Source of the DNA: the human T2T-CHM13v2.0 reference genome, Homo sapiens
Assembly (NCBI RefSeq): GCF_009914755.1
Contig: NC_060927.1
Length of the DNA: 64,000 nucleotides
Direction: 5' to 3' (one strand)
The position numbers and the translations under genes were made by a program. The notes under the pieces are model-generated. The model saw only the letters and a list, made by a program, of their open reading frames with translations. It did no database searches and had not been told where the DNA came from. Positions 40,801 to 55,250 of the stretch are shown piece by piece. Position 1 is the first letter of the stretch; the number at the start of each line of letters is the position of its first letter.

Positions 40801-43049
40801 ACTTACAAGGTACTCAATAAATACTTTAATTCAATGAACACTTATTGAGTACCTACTACTTGCCAAGCACTGTGAAAGATATTTACTAATTGATTTATTC
40901 TCCGAGGGACCTTTTTAATATAAACAAAAACAAAACACACGGTCTTTGTACTCAGATCTTGATAAATTATAAAATGCACTTTCCCTATGTCTATGACCCT
41001 TCTCCTTTCCCTATTCAATATTGGTGTATAAACTTTTTGTTCCTATCGAAGGAATCAGTCAGTACTAGAACAGCCTGTCACTGCACATAGTGTAATTCTT
41101 AGGAAACAAGCTGTTTTATTTCATAAAATGTTCAATGTTTCTGAGTTCTACTTTGTCCTTAAGAGCAGATATTTACTAACTAGCACATTAGTTGCTTGAA
41201 AAAAAGTGAATGTCTCTTTTTCTTATTCTAGCATGGAGATTTACTGCCATGAAAGAAACACTATTGTTCTTTTCTTAATAACTTACATGAGGACATGGTT
41301 GTCATGAATGTAGGTGTTGGCTTCAAACCTCCCTCAAAAGTTATTCTTAGGAACAACAGGAAAAATGCAATCATCCTGTCATCCCAGGCTAGCTTTGCTC
41401 CAGTGTGAGATTCTCTTGTGCTGGGTGGATTGAGTCTGATTATGGTGCCATGACTATTTTGCTTTCAATTTCTTTTGCCTCCCTTCTTTTCTGGCTCTGC
41501 CCCTCTGCACTCATTGACTACGAATTTATTGGGTATTGTAGTGGGATTGATGCCTCTCTAGCATCTATTACACTCCTTTTCTATTATGGTAGACATATGG
41601 TTTGGTAGGACTGACCACCACACTCATACCCAAGGGCAAGACGTGATTGGCTTGTGTCAACGAGATATTTTCCTGGTCATGGTGATTAGTTCATGGGGGT
41701 TTATGTACAATGAGTATGGAGCCAGCCTGAGAACAAAGATGGCACAATATAGAAAGATAGATCCAAGAGAACAGAAGTGAAATAAAGTTAGAGCCCACTT
41801 CAAACTGTTTTAGAAACTATATTATTTCTATACATTTTGGTTCCATGAACTAATAAATTTCTTTTGTTGTTAAAACAGTTTGAGTTGGTTTTCCTTGACT
41901 TGCAGCCCAAAACATCTTGACTAGAAAAAAAAAAAAAAAACCCTGCAGTTTCTTTCTTCATCCAGCCTTGAATTGGCCCTACCTTTCACTCTGTATTCTC
42001 CTTTTGTTTCTCTGGGTTCCAAATCTGGATTTCAGTCACCCAATATCCAGCCTGCCAATATCTTCCCAAAATGTGGCCAATACTTAACCATGGAAAGACT
42101 CAGTCATCCAGCTTACTAAGACCTTCTGAGGCATGGAGAATTACCATAAGACATATGCCAAGTATATCCCCAAATCGTGTCTTTCGACTATAAACTCCAT
42201 AAAGGTTGCCTTATTCTAAATTATATAAAAACTGTGAGGCAAGAAAATGTTTGACAATAAGCCTAGTTCTGGAATTGGTGTTCACAGTCTTTAGTTCTCC
42301 TATTGTAAACCAAAATTCCTTTATTTATAAATGGTGAGTGATTAGCTGTGGAATCTGGGCAGTGTAATTTGCAGCAAATTACGTTTAGTGTAGTTCACCT
42401 TGTGTTGATCTCTGAGGAAGAAATCATTTTCACTCACAAGAGCTAGTCAAATACAAATCTATCCCTTTCATAAAACAGCTATTTTTCAACATACCCTAGA
42501 GAACATGAGAAGAAAGAGCCTTACCTGGACATATGAGAGAGTTACAGTAAGTATGAGGAGGGTTTTCTTCATGCAAGGTGTTTTAAGAAATAGAATGGGT
42601 GAGGTTAGTAAATGTCAGCAAGGTTAGTAAATGTTATTTATTTAGAGATCCTTAAAAACAAAGTGGTTTTGTGTAGGTGAAGATTTGCTTAATGACAATG
42701 AAAAATAGAGTCTTTAGCTGTCTGATGATTGACACTGAAAAGCATATACTTAGTTTCCTGTAAAAGACCGAAGAGAGCTTTCAGAATAAATAGCACTATA
42801 AACACAGATGCAAAAATTTGCACTACCTGGAAAGTATGGGTTCTTTCCTTTTTTCTATTCAACAAAAATCCCATAGAATTCATTGGCCTCTGACATTTCA
42901 ATGCATAGTTGGTAAAAACAGGTCAGGTTTGGTTGGCGTCTGACTACATGGCACATTGATTTTGCTCTTACTTTGGCCATCTTTTGAAGCCTTGCTTGGT
43001 GTACCCACATTTGGTCAGAGAACATTTATAGTCTGCTCAGTGATCTTGA

Positions 43050-43710
43050 CATTCCTAATTTAGAAGCAATAGGTACATCTAATGACTCACTCGGTCCTGT
43101 TGATTTTGCTTCTAATTCCCTCTAGAATACAGCACCTCTTCTTTCTTTGTGGTTGCTCTCTTATTCAAAATCTTATTTCTTGCTTCTCTTACAGCTCTGG
43201 TCCCCTAGTTGGTTTCCTTGCCCTCTTATCTTACTTTTCTCTATAGGGTTATCATGAAATCTCCCACATCTTATTCCTTGCTTAAAATACCACCATCATT
43301 ACCATGATATAGAAGCACCTTCACGATCTGCGTCCAGACAACCTTTCCACCCACCTCTCATTTCTCGTTTACACACTTGAGGTTCTGCAATGTAACATTA
43401 CACTCATCGTCTTGCTCTCTACCCATTGTTCTCTCCGCTTTGAACAGCAAGGATGCTCCCTCCCTTTTATTATTTCTTGTTGACATCTCCTCATCCTTCC
43501 AGATTCAGCCCAGCCACTGCTTCCTCCCTGACACCTCAGACTGAGTTAGACACCATTTGGGTTCCTACAGCACGTAGTGCTGATTGTCAGTCTCCTGAGA
43601 TCCTGGAGGGCTGGAGCTATGTCTTGCATTTCTGTATTTCTGGCATAGTTCTTAGAGCCTAGTACAAGTGCTCAGGAAAGGTTTGTGAAATGAAGGGCTG
43701 AATGAATGAG
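43050..43710 (+). mobile_element. L2 LINE 3' region
   Basis: Pyrimidine-rich L2 body ending ...GTGCTCAG...TGAATGAATGA. Confidence 0.55.
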
Positions 43711-44174
43711 GGAGAGATTATGCTTAACTTGCTCTCTTAGGGAATGAGAAATGAATGAGTTAGGGTCATTACGCACTCCTGAGGGGTATGGACTGTGGTT
43801 GAGCATAAGTTATGCCTTTGTAAGAACATGGTTAGCTCTGTTTGGGATTGTTAATCAAAATCTAGACTTCTGACTTCCTGTGCTACACAAAAAGCGCAAT
43901 GCCGTAGAATTCCAACATTCAAACATACTGAAAGAAGACCAGGTGGCTAGAGCTTGTCCAACTCATACAGGCAGTTACCTAACTGATACAAAGTTACTAT
44001 GCACCCTGGAGTTTCAGACACCCAAGTAAGAGCTGAAAATTGGGGTAGAAATAGTCTTTATTAGCGTGTCCTCAAATAACCCCAAACTAAAATCCCCTGC
44101 ATGATATGAAAATATTTCAATGGATCTTTCAACAGTGGGTCTATTAAGTTTTAAATTTGCAGTTCGAATAGAGT

Positions 44175-44415
44175 CTAATAATACCTAGTAGATATTTATA
44201 AATGTGATGAGAGCTTTATGTAATTACATTATTTAATCTCCACAACAACCCAAAGGTATAGGAAATGTTATTATCCCCATTTTACAGGTGGGGAAATTGA
44301 AGTTCAGAGAAATTAAATAATTTAGGTGACTTTCCGAAGTCATACATATACTGGTAGTGGAGTTAGAATTTAAAATTATATTCATCAGACATCAGGGACT
44401 TGCACTCTTAATTAG
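44175..44415 (-). mobile_element. MIR
   Basis: ATTTAATCTCCACAACAACC...TATTATCCCCATTTTACAG...GAAATTGAAGTTCAGAGA. Confidence 0.8.
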
Positions 44416-44929
44416 CTACTTTTTGCAGTCTTAGCCAGGAGGGAAAGCAACATGTGCACATTTTCAGTTCTTTTTATTGATACTGTATCAACAAAAGCAT
44501 ATGAAGTTTTCACTATCTAAACAAGGTAGCAAGATGTGAAGCATCAAATATTTAAAACTAAGAATCTGGAATGTAAGTAAATATGAAGGGAAAATATTAT
44601 TCTAGCTATGCAAGGCATGGGTTATTATTCACAAAGTGATAGATGAGAAAACTGAGATCAGAAAGAGGGGTGGATAAATTGTCCAAGGTCACAGAGTGAG
44701 TGGCTGAAGTGGGATTTGAAGAAGGCATGACTTACTCTGAAATCCTCACTGGGCCTCAGTTGTTGGGTGCTGGTAAGGCTCTTATTTAAATTTGTCATGG
44801 AAACATAGAGCAGGAATAAACTTAATGCCAGAAATCCTGCCTACTGCTTACCATATGACTAGAAGACATAGTTGAAACAAAAATTTTTTACCACTCTGAG
44901 ATACTATTCTGGCATTAAAGTGAATTAAA

Positions 44930-45285
44930 AAACACAATGTGGTACTACCTCATACCCACTTGAATGGCTACTATCAAAAAGACAGAAAATAAATGTTGGA
45001 AAGGATACAGAGAAATTGAAACTCCTTTACACTGTTGGTGGGAATGTAAAATGCTGTAGCTGCTTGGAAAACAGTACAGTAGTTCCTCCAAAAATTAAAA
45101 ATAGGAATTACCATATGATCCAGCAATTCCACTTCCGTGTATATACCCAAAAGCACTGAAATCAGGAACTCAAAGAGATATTCCTACATGAATGTTCATG
45201 ACAGCATTATTTACAGTAGCCAAAAGGTAAAAGCAACATAAATGTCCATCTGTGGTGAGTGGATAAACAAAATGTTGTGTGTGTA

Positions 45286-45349
<64 letters not shown>

Positions 45350-45752
45350 TATTTATATATAACAGTGGAGTATTATTCATTCTTAAAAGGATATGAAATT
45401 CTGACACATTCTATGAAATGAATGAACCTTGAGGACATTAAGTTAAGTAAAACAAGCCTGTCAGGAAAGGATAAATACCATATGATTTCACACATAGGAA
45501 GTACCTAGAATAGTCAGATTCCTAAAGACAGAAAGTAGAAGGGTGGTTGCCAGGGGCAGGGTTTGAGGGGAATAGGGAGTTATTGTCAATGGGTACAGAG
45601 TTGCAGGTTTGCAAATGAGAAGAACTCTAGGGACGGATGGTGGTGGTGGTTGCACAGCAATGTGAATGTATTTAATGCCATTGACTTGTATACCTAAAAT
45701 GGTTAAGATGGAAAATTTTCTATGTGTATTTTACCACACTTAAAAATAATTT
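44930..45752 (+). mobile_element. L1MB-type LINE 3' end
   Basis: ACCATATGATCCAGCAATTCCACTT...GTACCTAGAATAGTCA...GGTTGCACAGCAATGTGAATGTA...AATGGTTAAGATGG. Confidence 0.88.
45284..45351. repeat. (TA)22 microsatellite within a 68-bp perfect palindrome
   Basis: TATATATGTGTG(TA)22CACACATATATA. Confidence 0.9.
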
Positions 45753-45767
45753 TAAAATGAGCTAAGT

Positions 45768-46322
45768 ATTACCAGTCAGAGTTCAGTCAGGAAACCAGTT
45801 ACCACTCTAGCCTTTCAAATGGAAGAGAGTGTGATAGATTCAGTCACACATGGGATGGCCAGCAGAAGATGATGAATTCACCCAGAGGTTAGCAAGAGCA
45901 GGAGGCTTTTCCCACCCCTAGGGCTAGAATTCCACAGAGAGGAAGGTGTATTACCTGGTCCTAGAATCTGGGGCCACATAGTGGTAACTAAAACCACCGT
46001 GGTGGGGGTGTGTGGGGCTGCTGCCCAGCGAGACCTAGGGCAACTGAAGGAGGGTCTTTCTGTCTGGCAAGAGCTGGAGCCACAGAGGAGATGTAGCTGC
46101 TGCTGGATGCAGCTGAGGCAAGAGAGAGGGGAATAAATTCCCTAGCGTCTCCCCTCCTTACACCCTGCCATCTTCTACCAGTACCTCCTATGGACTGAAA
46201 CTATCCAGAGATCAGTTAGCAAAAGAGCCCAGATATGTAGTTTCCTGTGACACAGAGCAGAGCAGGGAACACAACAAACAATGAGAAATTGATGTAAGAG
46301 CAAGCTGGCAAAACACCAGCAC
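45768..46322. mobile_element. Probable old ERVL-type LTR (LTR41-like)
   Basis: Starts GTATTACCAGTCAGAGTTCAGTCAGGAAAC and ends ...CCAGCACA; family from memory only. Confidence 0.4.
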
Positions 46323-47302
46323 ACTAGTCTGTGAAAGGCTTCTTTCCTTCTTGTTTAAAAAGCAATTTTAGAAAATCTCTCTACATTGAGTTTCAAATAC
46401 CTCAGTGCTCAGTGATACTGATTATTATTAAATTAATTCACTTTCTAGAAGTTAGACACATTTATTAAGAGTCTATATATATTTGAACAGAGGTTTAGCT
46501 TTGGTTATCATTCAATGGTTCAGAAACTATCTCTTGGCCAACCAACTTCAAGTCATCCTGAGCAAAACGGCATACTGTTTTGTTTTGATTTGTTTGTAAA
46601 GGGTGAGCTCAGATGAAATAAAACTCTTGCTCTTCCTTTAAAATCAGATTAGCGTTCACTTTCTTCTCCGGCCCTCTCTCGTTACCTTTCACTCACCCCA
46701 AACCTAGGTTAGTGTTTCTTTCCTCTGCAACCTCGGCACCATGAGTTTACTTAGAGTATAATACTTATAATAATAATTTTAACATTTTGTTGATTTGTCT
46801 ATTCTTTCTACATAAGTCTGCAAACTACTCAAGAGCAAAGACATTATGTGTGTGTGTACATACAGTATATGTATATATATGTTCATAGATATGTGTGTGG
46901 GTGTACTTTGCTATCTCCATCACTAATAACTAACATTAACCATTTCAGGGCCAGATACATAGTAAGGACTCAATACCGTTTTTTAAAATAAATAAATGAA
47001 TAATTGTTTAATGAAACACACTTAATAGGTTTCAGCAACTGTTTGGATGTGGGGAGCTAGAAAGAAGAGTCAAAACTGCATGCGAGCTGTTCAGCTTTGA
47101 TGATTAGGAAGAATTGTGCTGTTAATATAAATAACAAAGAATTGGATAAAACCTGGTTTTAATAAAGAGCTTTGTGAATTTGGGTTTTGAAAAATTCTAA
47201 TAGACAATCAGAAGTATGGAACTGGCCTCAGAAGAGATGTCAGGGCTTAAAGATAAATTTGAAAGTCATCTTCATAGATGGGATTTATAGAGGAATCATC
47301 AT

Positions 47303-47842
47303 GTAGCAGCCTGTTTTTTCCATATATTGCTGCAACAGGGTTTTCTCTTATCCTACATGCTCTTTTAGTACTTTACTACTTCCATATCAAGAAATGGAGA
47401 CTATGTCCTCTCCCCTTGAACCTGGGTAGGCCTTTGTGTTTGCCTTGATCAACAGTGTATAGAAGAAATGGCCTTGTTCTGGTAGCTTTCTGCCTTGTTC
47501 TAGTAGACTCTTTGCTCCTAGAACACAGCCACCATGTTGTGAGGAAGCCCAAGCGGCCTTTGGTGAGCTCATGTGAAGAGGAACAGAGACCCCTGGCCCA
47601 CAGCCCTTGAGCCCCAGCCAACAGCTAATACCAACTTGCCAGCCACATGAGTGAGCCATCTTCAATGTGAAGCTTTCAGCCCCCACTGGAGCTGCTCCAG
47701 CTGATGTGGAATAGAGCTGAGGCATGTCACATCTACCAAGCTTTGTCTGAATTGCAGTTGTGTGAGCACCATAAACGATTTTTATTATTTTAGAGTATTA
47801 AGTTCTGGGGGTAATTTGTTATATAGCAAGAGATCATTGACA
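47303..47842 (+). mobile_element. MLT1G/H-like MaLR LTR
   Basis: CCCCTTGAACCTGGG...CCAGCCAACAGC...TTGCCAGCCACATGAGTGAGCCATCTT...GGGGTAATTTGTTATATAGCAA. Confidence 0.8.
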
Positions 47843-50432
47843 TATATAGGTGGAAAGGATCATGAAATTTGTGTCTGAGAGGCCTGAATTCAAATGCCTG
47901 GTTTTGCTATTACCAGGATTGTGGCTTTAGGCATTCTATTTATACTCTCAGAACGTCACTTTTCTCAGGCATAAAATGGAGCTAGCAATGCTTATTGCAA
48001 TGAGGCTGTTATGATACATAAAAGAAATGTTATACATTAAATGCCTAGTGGTGTGTTTAATCTCTCTGGTGATTAATAACGAGTGCTATTTCAAGAAAGT
48101 TAAAGTTTTGTGAGCTCTCAAGAGAGAATATTCATGGAGTAGAACAGGTCACTTGGAGATGGATAGGGAACAAAGAGTAAAAATGAGAGTTGGTGAGGGA
48201 TTAGTCAGAAAAGGAGGAGGAATTTAGACTGTGTAAGATTGATTATTTCACTCAATTTTTCTTCAGAAAATTTGAAAGTCCTTAATTTGAAATTTTTTTT
48301 GATAAAATTTGAGTGAAATAAGGGACAGACAGATGATGAAGATAAAGGAACCACAAAGGCATTAATTCCTGCAGTGGAGAGGTGATGAGTGACACACAAC
48401 AGAACAGTGTCGACAGAGCAGAGGGCTGGGAGCCTGAATACTAAGGGGTAAAAAGAGAGGGAATAGTGAGAAGAAGCAAACAGTTGGCATCTCTGTATCT
48501 CTTAATTTCTAAGCATGTATGTTATTCTAAAGGTATGTGAGAATATCAAAATATGAAAAAGGTGTGTATCACCCACCAAAATTTCTATTTCTCCAGTATA
48601 GTAGTCCTTCTCTTTTCTCTAGAAATTTATCCAGATGCACCTTCTAACTCATCATCCACACTCTTCTGGTTCTCCCTAGAGGATTATTTATTATGTTTCT
48701 TACTGCCTCTGTGGGTTATTTTTTCTTATGTGTTTTGTATTTACATTTAAATTATCATTTTCCAAAATGTTGCATCTAATTATTTGCCATAGTTGTGCAT
48801 GTTTGTTATACTCTGATTTCAAAATGGAAAGCAAAGTGTACAGATAAAGAACATAATGACCAGGGGATCAATATCTAGAAATAGGAGAAGAGATGCAAAT
48901 GAAAGCATACCATTAAAAACTACAGATTTCCCACCTTCACTTGATTATTTGATACTTTCAGTGTGCAATTAACTAGTCAGAAGATATCTACTATTGTAAT
49001 CTCAGTTTTTGAGTTGAACACATTACACTTTATTTCACAAATAGGGAAATGGAGACTCAGAAAAGATACCTGTGTGAAGTTGCAATTACTCACCTTCCTA
49101 CAATAGTTCAGTGAAATTGACACAAACATGTGATCATAGTAAAATCCATGGTGAAAACCTAGTTTCCAAATAGACTGTTCTTGTTTTACTTTGTTGAAGA
49201 CTAAATTTTCCGAGATGAGATGCAAAGTCATTCACATAAAAGGTTTTTAATATTCATTCTCAAACATGTATTTAGCTCCCACCATGTACAAGGCACTGCA
49301 TTAGGTGGGCCTTCTAAAACATACTACATGAGGGCATGAAAGATAATTTGTGGTTTAAAAAGCCAAATTATGAAAATGTAATATTTATTAGGCACTTGTA
49401 AGATAAAAGGTACTTGCTAGAGCACCTCCTCTGCAAGCTTTATACCTTCGTATAATTTCTGGTTTGCTCAGGAGATATGAGCATGATGCTAATGAGAACC
49501 AGGTCAGGAGTTTAATTCTTGACAGCTTTGTACCAGGAATGTTAATTCTGACCAACCATGTCTAGGTTGTTGTTAGTTGTAGTTAGTTCTGCAACTGAGG
49601 GAAGTGTGGCTGGTAGAGCTAATGGTGACCGAGCAGTCATATAGGGCCAGTAAGTGGATACATGAGGCAGGAAATAGAGTTATCCATGGTATGTTCCAGA
49701 GTTCTCCCCCGCCGCAGGAGACAGCAGTCGGCAAGGGGGATTGGGACGTGGGATATAGGATACAGGGCTGAAATTGAAGCAGGATTCACTTGGGAAGCAT
49801 AACACTTCTTCCCCATATCTATTTCTTTCCATGTGTGTGGAGTTCAACTAGCACAGCAACCCTGGCCTCTCTCAACTCTTTCACTCCCACTGCCTCAGGA
49901 GAGGTTTCTTGTCTGCCTAGTGAATTTGGGAAAAGATGGACTGAGTTTGCTGGCCTCCTCCTTTTTCTTTCTGGGAGCTAGCTGCCTGCAGGGCACATGC
50001 CCACACTGTTTGTGACTGGGTGAATCTGTCTGCCTGATCTTAGTGTTCATAAATAGGAAGACCATTTGCTTACAGATACAAGCTACATCTTCCAACCTAG
50101 ATGTTATCAGTAATAGAGGTGATATTTTGGCCCTGGATATTCTTTGGCCTTATTTCTCACCTTAAGAACTTGGGTTGGTTATTTATTGGGTTCCCTTTTT
50201 AAGACTCCTAAGGGATACACAGGGAGAACGCTCTGGTTGCTGAAACTCCTGGGGTAAGTGGGTGTGTACTGACTTTTTTCTTTCTGGTGCTCTCATAGTC
50301 TTTTGTGGCATACCTTAAGTATCCATATTGCTGTTGTTTACAAAGCAGAGACTATCACATGCTTCATCTCTATGGCTCCAGTGTCCAGCAAAGATCCCAG
50401 TAAATGTAAATATGCAACAAAGATCCCCAGTA

Positions 50433-50631
<199 letters not shown>

Positions 50632-52559
50632 ATCCCCAGTATGGCAACCAGGAATCCAAGCTGGGAGGCCCAAATCAAAGTAAAGGGCACAGAAATAATC
50701 AAATGTGGGAGATCATAGGAGAGGGACTGCATTTCTCAGCACCACACCTAAACATTCAGAAGCACCAATTGTCAGAACCAGCTCAGCGAAGCTGACATTC
50801 TGCATAAGACTCAGGAAGCCGAATGGGCCAGCTCACTAAGGCAGAATTGCTCTGATATTGCTTGGGCAGAATGTGACTTCCCTTCAAACTGAAAAGGTCT
50901 GGAAACATTTTCGCGTGACCCCAAAATTAAAGTTCAGAATCCTGGGAATTCTTATGTCCCCAAACTACACGTAAAATTTTAGTCATCTGTTAAGAAACGT
51001 GTGTGTTTGAGCAAGTAAAGGGTGGTGCATCTTCCAAACATTGCTCAAGACAACTATTAGAGTTTGTGGCTTAATTTTATTAAGATATCAGCAAAGGTGT
51101 AGAAACACAGAACTGAGAGTTTGGCCCTCTTAGTTCATCACTGAAGGAGTAAATATTTTTGTCTTCTTTCATCCTCACTCTGCTCCCTCTCTTTTCAACT
51201 GGATTGATGTGGATTATGAATAAACTTGCCCTCCGTTTTTGAGAAAACGACGTCTGAGTGAGGTGGGTCTTAAGAAGCCCTCATGAAAGTCAAGATGTTT
51301 TGAATGGTGTCTGAGCTCCCGGCCAGCCTCCTGAAATCATATTATCTGAAGTCCCTTGGAGTTTCTTTCCTGAGGACAACAACAGTCTATTTATTGGTTT
51401 CAGTTGCTATGAAGTGACCATCCTGCAGAAGTGAGGCTGTTGCCCTTAGCTACACATTTCTTTGTGGGAATAATTTTGAATCACACAGTACCAAATCAGC
51501 AGCTGGGCAAGGCACAGACCCTGATGAAATATTTTCCTAGTGTTAGCCTCCTTTTATAAGACAGGTTGTGGCTAATTCAGTTTAGAAGTGATGCATGTCA
51601 TTTTTCAATCAAAGAAAAGGGCTGACTTTATTTTAACACTATCCTCTTCCCTCTCTAGTAGGGATTTGCTTATTTTTATTCTGCCTTCCTGAGGTGTGTT
51701 AGTTAAAATACCAATCCAAATCTCTGGAATAATTTTTTTCCTGATCATACCCACCTTACATGGTTATTGAAAGGATTATAGGGGATAATATACAGAGCAC
51801 ACTTAAGCAATGATAGGCAGTGCAATTATAAGTGTGGTTGTTGTTATTCTTATCCCAGAGAAGAGAAAGCTCGAGGGGGCTGGTTTCTGTTTTCAAATCA
51901 TGAGTGTTTTTGTTTTATTCCCTCTCCTCTCATCTCACCCCATCCCATCCCATCTCATTCCATTGGTTCCATAGATATTTAATATCCAGACTAAGTGTTG
52001 AGTACATTTCTATTTTGAATTTCATTTGCTATCTTCTAGTACTGTTAACTCTATGATCTCTCTTTTGTTTTGCATTTCACCTTCCATTTTGAGAGTAATC
52101 TGCAAGTTTTGATATTTACTTTCAACATAGATGCACTCAATGTAATCAACTTTCCATTATACACCAACAAGATGCTTGGGGTGGGGGGGGGATGTCTTTA
52201 TGTATCCTGTACTCTGAATCCATTTGCAGTCTTTTGTCTCTTTTTCTTAAAGCAGTTTCCAAATGCATTCTATGTCTGCTGATGTTCGAAAAGGCTGTAA
52301 AATTAAAGCTAGGCAATTATGAATACTATGAAAAAGGTTTTGACAACTTTTGGTGGCATTTAATTCAAGTTAAACTTCTCTCATTCAAAATAATAAGCAT
52401 AATGTTACTTATTATGTAAATGAGGTGGCAAAGGCAGATGTTTTTCTTCCTGGTGCATTCACTGGGGATTAATACATACAAAAGCTGAGAAGGAGGGGCT
52501 GGTGTGCAACCTGGGAACTGGAATAAGGGTTGAGCAAGAGGAAAGATGATTACTCTTGA

Positions 52560-52766
52560 GCTGTGCTGTTCAATAGTGGAGCCGATAACCACATAAGGCT
52601 ATTTAAATTTAAATCAATTAAAATGAAATAAAATTAAAATTCAGCTTTTCAGTCATATTAGCCAATTCATTTGTTCAATAGCCACATGTGGCTGGTGGCT
52701 ACTTATTGAAGAGCACAGATGAAGACCATTTCTATCATTGTAGAAAGTTCTACTGGACAGTGGTGC
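52560..52766. mobile_element. MER3-like DNA transposon
   Basis: CTGTGCTGTTCAATA...CAATAGCCACATGTGGCT...AGAAAGTTCTACTGGACAG. Confidence 0.8.
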
Positions 52767-52949
52767 TAAACCTAGAAGGGTTAAAACAAAGGGAAGGATG
52801 CTTGTAGATTCCTCTACAATTGGAACTTTATGCATAAGAGTTCCACAAGGTTCTCAGAATGGATGTACATCCACGAAGAGCCAAGAGATGTAAGAGTTAG
52901 GATTAAGTGGCTAGTATATCTTTTTGTATATCACGGTGATACACTATAT

Positions 52950-54190
52950 CTGTGCTTCTCAAACTTTAAATGTGCATACATATCACATGGGGACCCTAAG
53001 GTGCAGACACTGATTCAGTAGGTCTGGGGTGGGGCCTGAGAGTCAGCATTCATAAACAGCTCCTAGGTGATACTGATGAACACTCAGGTGATGATCTGTG
53101 AATTGCACTTTGGGTAGCAAGGTGCTAAAGCCCTTAATAGCAGAGACTTGATTTACAGCAACATCCCTGAAGATGGTTAACCAATCTGACACAGGAATCT
53201 TTAATCACTGGAGGCTGGTGCCAGGGTACATCTCATAGCCTCTTAAAATTGAATCATTTCACATCAAAGTCCTGCTGGAGACAGCAGAAGCTGCTGTCAT
53301 GTTACCAAGAAGGAAAAATGGCTCATCGGAAAATACTGAATACACTAATTTGAATCTATGATAATTGGGATAGTACTCTACCTTTCTAGTTCTCCATTTT
53401 TGCAGATTAAGAACTTTTTTTTAAACTAGCATAGAAGAAACTGCTGCTCCATGGAAACACTGATTTGCATACATAAAAATTCAGTCTATAGACATCCTTC
53501 TCAACCTTGTCTGCACAATTGGAATCACCTGGGGGAACTTTTAAACATTAACATGTTAGATTTCACCCTCAGATATTTTAATTTAATTGATTGTGAGGGA
53601 GGAAGTCGTGTTTTTTGAACACTCCCCAGGTGATTCTCACATGCAGTAGCGGAGAATCTTTGATCACAGCAGTGGATCTCAAACTTGAGCATGCATCAAA
53701 ATCATGCCTTGTGAAAACATGGATTGCTGGATCTCACCTCTAGAGTTTCTGATTTGGTAGGTCTAGGATGGACACTGAGTGTGCATTTCCAACAAATTCC
53801 CAGGTGCTACTGCTGCTGGTTTGGGAATCACACTTGGAGAATCACTCACAGGCAGCACTGTTTCTCAATCTTGGCTACACATTGTAATCACCTGGAGAGG
53901 TTTAACAACTACTTGTGCTTAGATCCCACCCCAAATATTCTGATTTAAGTTTTCTGGGGCCTAGTAGTCTGGGCATTGAAGATTTTAAAAAGTTTCCCAC
54001 TATGAAAACTTGAGAAACATTAATGGTAATAAAGCAAACCCATTAGGTCTGGGGACTAGAAGCACTGGCTTTACCTGGATGTTAGAAATTTAGACTCTCA
54101 CACCCAAACCCAGACCGGCTGAATCATAACCTGCATTTTGACAACATTTTCCTGGTGACTTCATATACATTAAAGGTGAGAAGTACGACA
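52950..54190. mobile_element. Cluster of MER5A/B-type hAT MITEs (~52950-53125, 53495-53665, 53668-53855, 53857-54020, 54040-54190)
   Basis: Repeated TTCTCAA(A/C)CTT...AATCACCTGG...CTGATT...CCCAGGTGAT motifs. Confidence 0.7.
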
Positions 54191-54587
54191 CCAGATAGCC
54201 TTTTAAAGTAACAGTTTGTTGATCTGTGTGATTTAAAGAAATTCTTGTAATAATTTTTTATAGTCCCTAAAAATATTGGGGCACATAATTTGGTCCAAAC
54301 TCACTCCAAATTATTGTAGCTTTATTAGGTTGCCACTGCACAGACAAGCACTTGTCAGCTTCTGTTTGCCTTGCAACCGAAGACATTAGTTATCCCAGCA
54401 GAAAGAAACTGTGGACTTTCAAGTCTCAAGTAGAAAGAAGGTCAAGAATAAACAAGTTTTTAAGAAACTAGTTCCACATATTTTCATCAAGTTTATTATT
54501 CAAGACAAAGGGAATTTTAGGTTAATGCCTTTAGAGTTTAGAAAACTGTATGCTTTTATTACCAGAGATACAATATAGATAAATTTT

Positions 54588-54894
54588 CTTTTTTTTTTTT
54601 TTTTTGGAGATGAAGTCTCGCTCTTGTTCTGCAGGTTGGACTGCAATGGCGCGATCTTGGCTCACTGCAACCTCCGCCTCCGGGGTGCAAGCGATTCTCC
54701 TGCCGGGGTCCCCCGAAGCAGCTGGGATTACAGGCGCCTGCTAACCATGCCTGGCTAATTTTTGCATTTTTTTTAGTTGAGACGGGGTTTCACCATGTTG
54801 GCTAGGCTGGTCTAGAACTCCTGACCTCAGGTGATCCACACGCCTCGGCCTCCCAAAGTGCTGGGATTACAGGCATGAGCCACCATGCCAGGCC
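54588..54894 (-). mobile_element. AluS (Sp/Sq-like)
   Basis: Poly-T plus antisense Alu ending GGCC; TSD GATAAATT. Confidence 0.94.
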
Positions 54895-55099
54895 GATAAA
54901 TTCTTAATTCATGAAACTTTTCATTATGCATGACTAAGATCCTGGAGGATGAGAGGTGGTGGGGAATATAATGTCTTAAAAAAAAGTTGCTAAATTGTGT
55001 TTTCCTAGTGAGCCTTTCTTGGTAGTCTTTTAGGGAAATAATGAGTGCCCATAGATGATTATAATGTAGAAAGACCAACCATGTGATGTGCCAGAGCAC

Positions 55100-55250
55100 T
55101 GGCTCTTAAACTTAAATGTGGTAGGAATCACTTGTTAGATGCAGATTCTGATTCAGTAGGTCTAGGGTAGGGCCCAAGACTTTGCACTTCTAACAAACTC
55201 CCAGATGTTGGGAAGCTTCTGGTTCATGGATCATACTTAGTAGCAAGGAG
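55100..55250. mobile_element. MER5A-like
   Basis: ATGCAGATTCTGATTCAGTAGGTCTAGGGTAGGGCCCAAGA...TTCTAACAAACTCCCAG. Confidence 0.75.
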
